Below are positions 63,894 through 64,000 of a stretch of DNA of 64,000 bases, piece after piece. The notes under the pieces are model-generated. The model had not been told where the DNA came from, did no database searches, and saw nothing but the letters and a program-made list of their open reading frames with translations. Position 1 is the first letter of the stretch. Each line of letters starts with the position of its first letter. The translations under genes were made by a program, and so were the position numbers. This DNA is from Octopus vulgaris. Taxonomy: Eukaryota. The stretch is from the NCBI GenBank assembly GCA_951406725.2, contig OX597831.1, positions 35,154,001-35,218,000 of the forward strand, in the 5' to 3' direction.

Positions 63894-64000
63894 CAGTGGT
63901 TCCCTGTTTTGGTCACCCTATTTTTCTTCAAGCCCCCCCCCCCCCCATCTTTCCACCCCTACCCTCAAGGGGAGCATACCACCCACTTTGGGAACCACTG
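63894..64000. mobile_element. Small hAT-type MITE
   Basis: TIR CAGTGGTTCCC / GGGAACCACTG. The right TSD would lie outside the window. Confidence 0.6.

Overview
AT-rich, repeat-dense animal genomic DNA. The repeat families look like octopus/coleoid cephalopod; this is recognition from memory, not a database hit. Nearly all of the supplied ORFs are microsatellite or SINE translation noise. One host gene is supported: two + strand exons (50119-50308, 52846-53066) splice in frame into the N-terminal part of an endosomal NHE6/7/9 (SLC9A6/7/9)-type Na+/H+ exchanger, and the first exon is unusually divergent. The rest is a TE landscape: three tRNA-derived SINE families, an RTE-tail retroposon family, RTE/RTE-X, CR1-like and R4/Dong LINE pieces, a DD37D (maT) transposase relic, TTAA (piggyBac-type) and hAT MITEs, and non-autonomous Helitrons, often nested. 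Best leads: (1) a young RTE-X LINE with a twin-priming-type 5' inversion and an 11-bp TSD inside a hAT MITE; (2) several minimal type-I hammerhead ribozyme motifs of the Penelope type, one pair forming a 167-bp palindrome; (3) a locally templated inverted duplication fused to a retroposon 5' end; (4) the divergent NHE first exon; (5) a CpG-retaining island containing a pre-miRNA-sized hairpin. I did not find evidence for a wholly new multi-gene system. Coordinates were read by eye, so TE ends are approximate unless a TSD or TIR is quoted.
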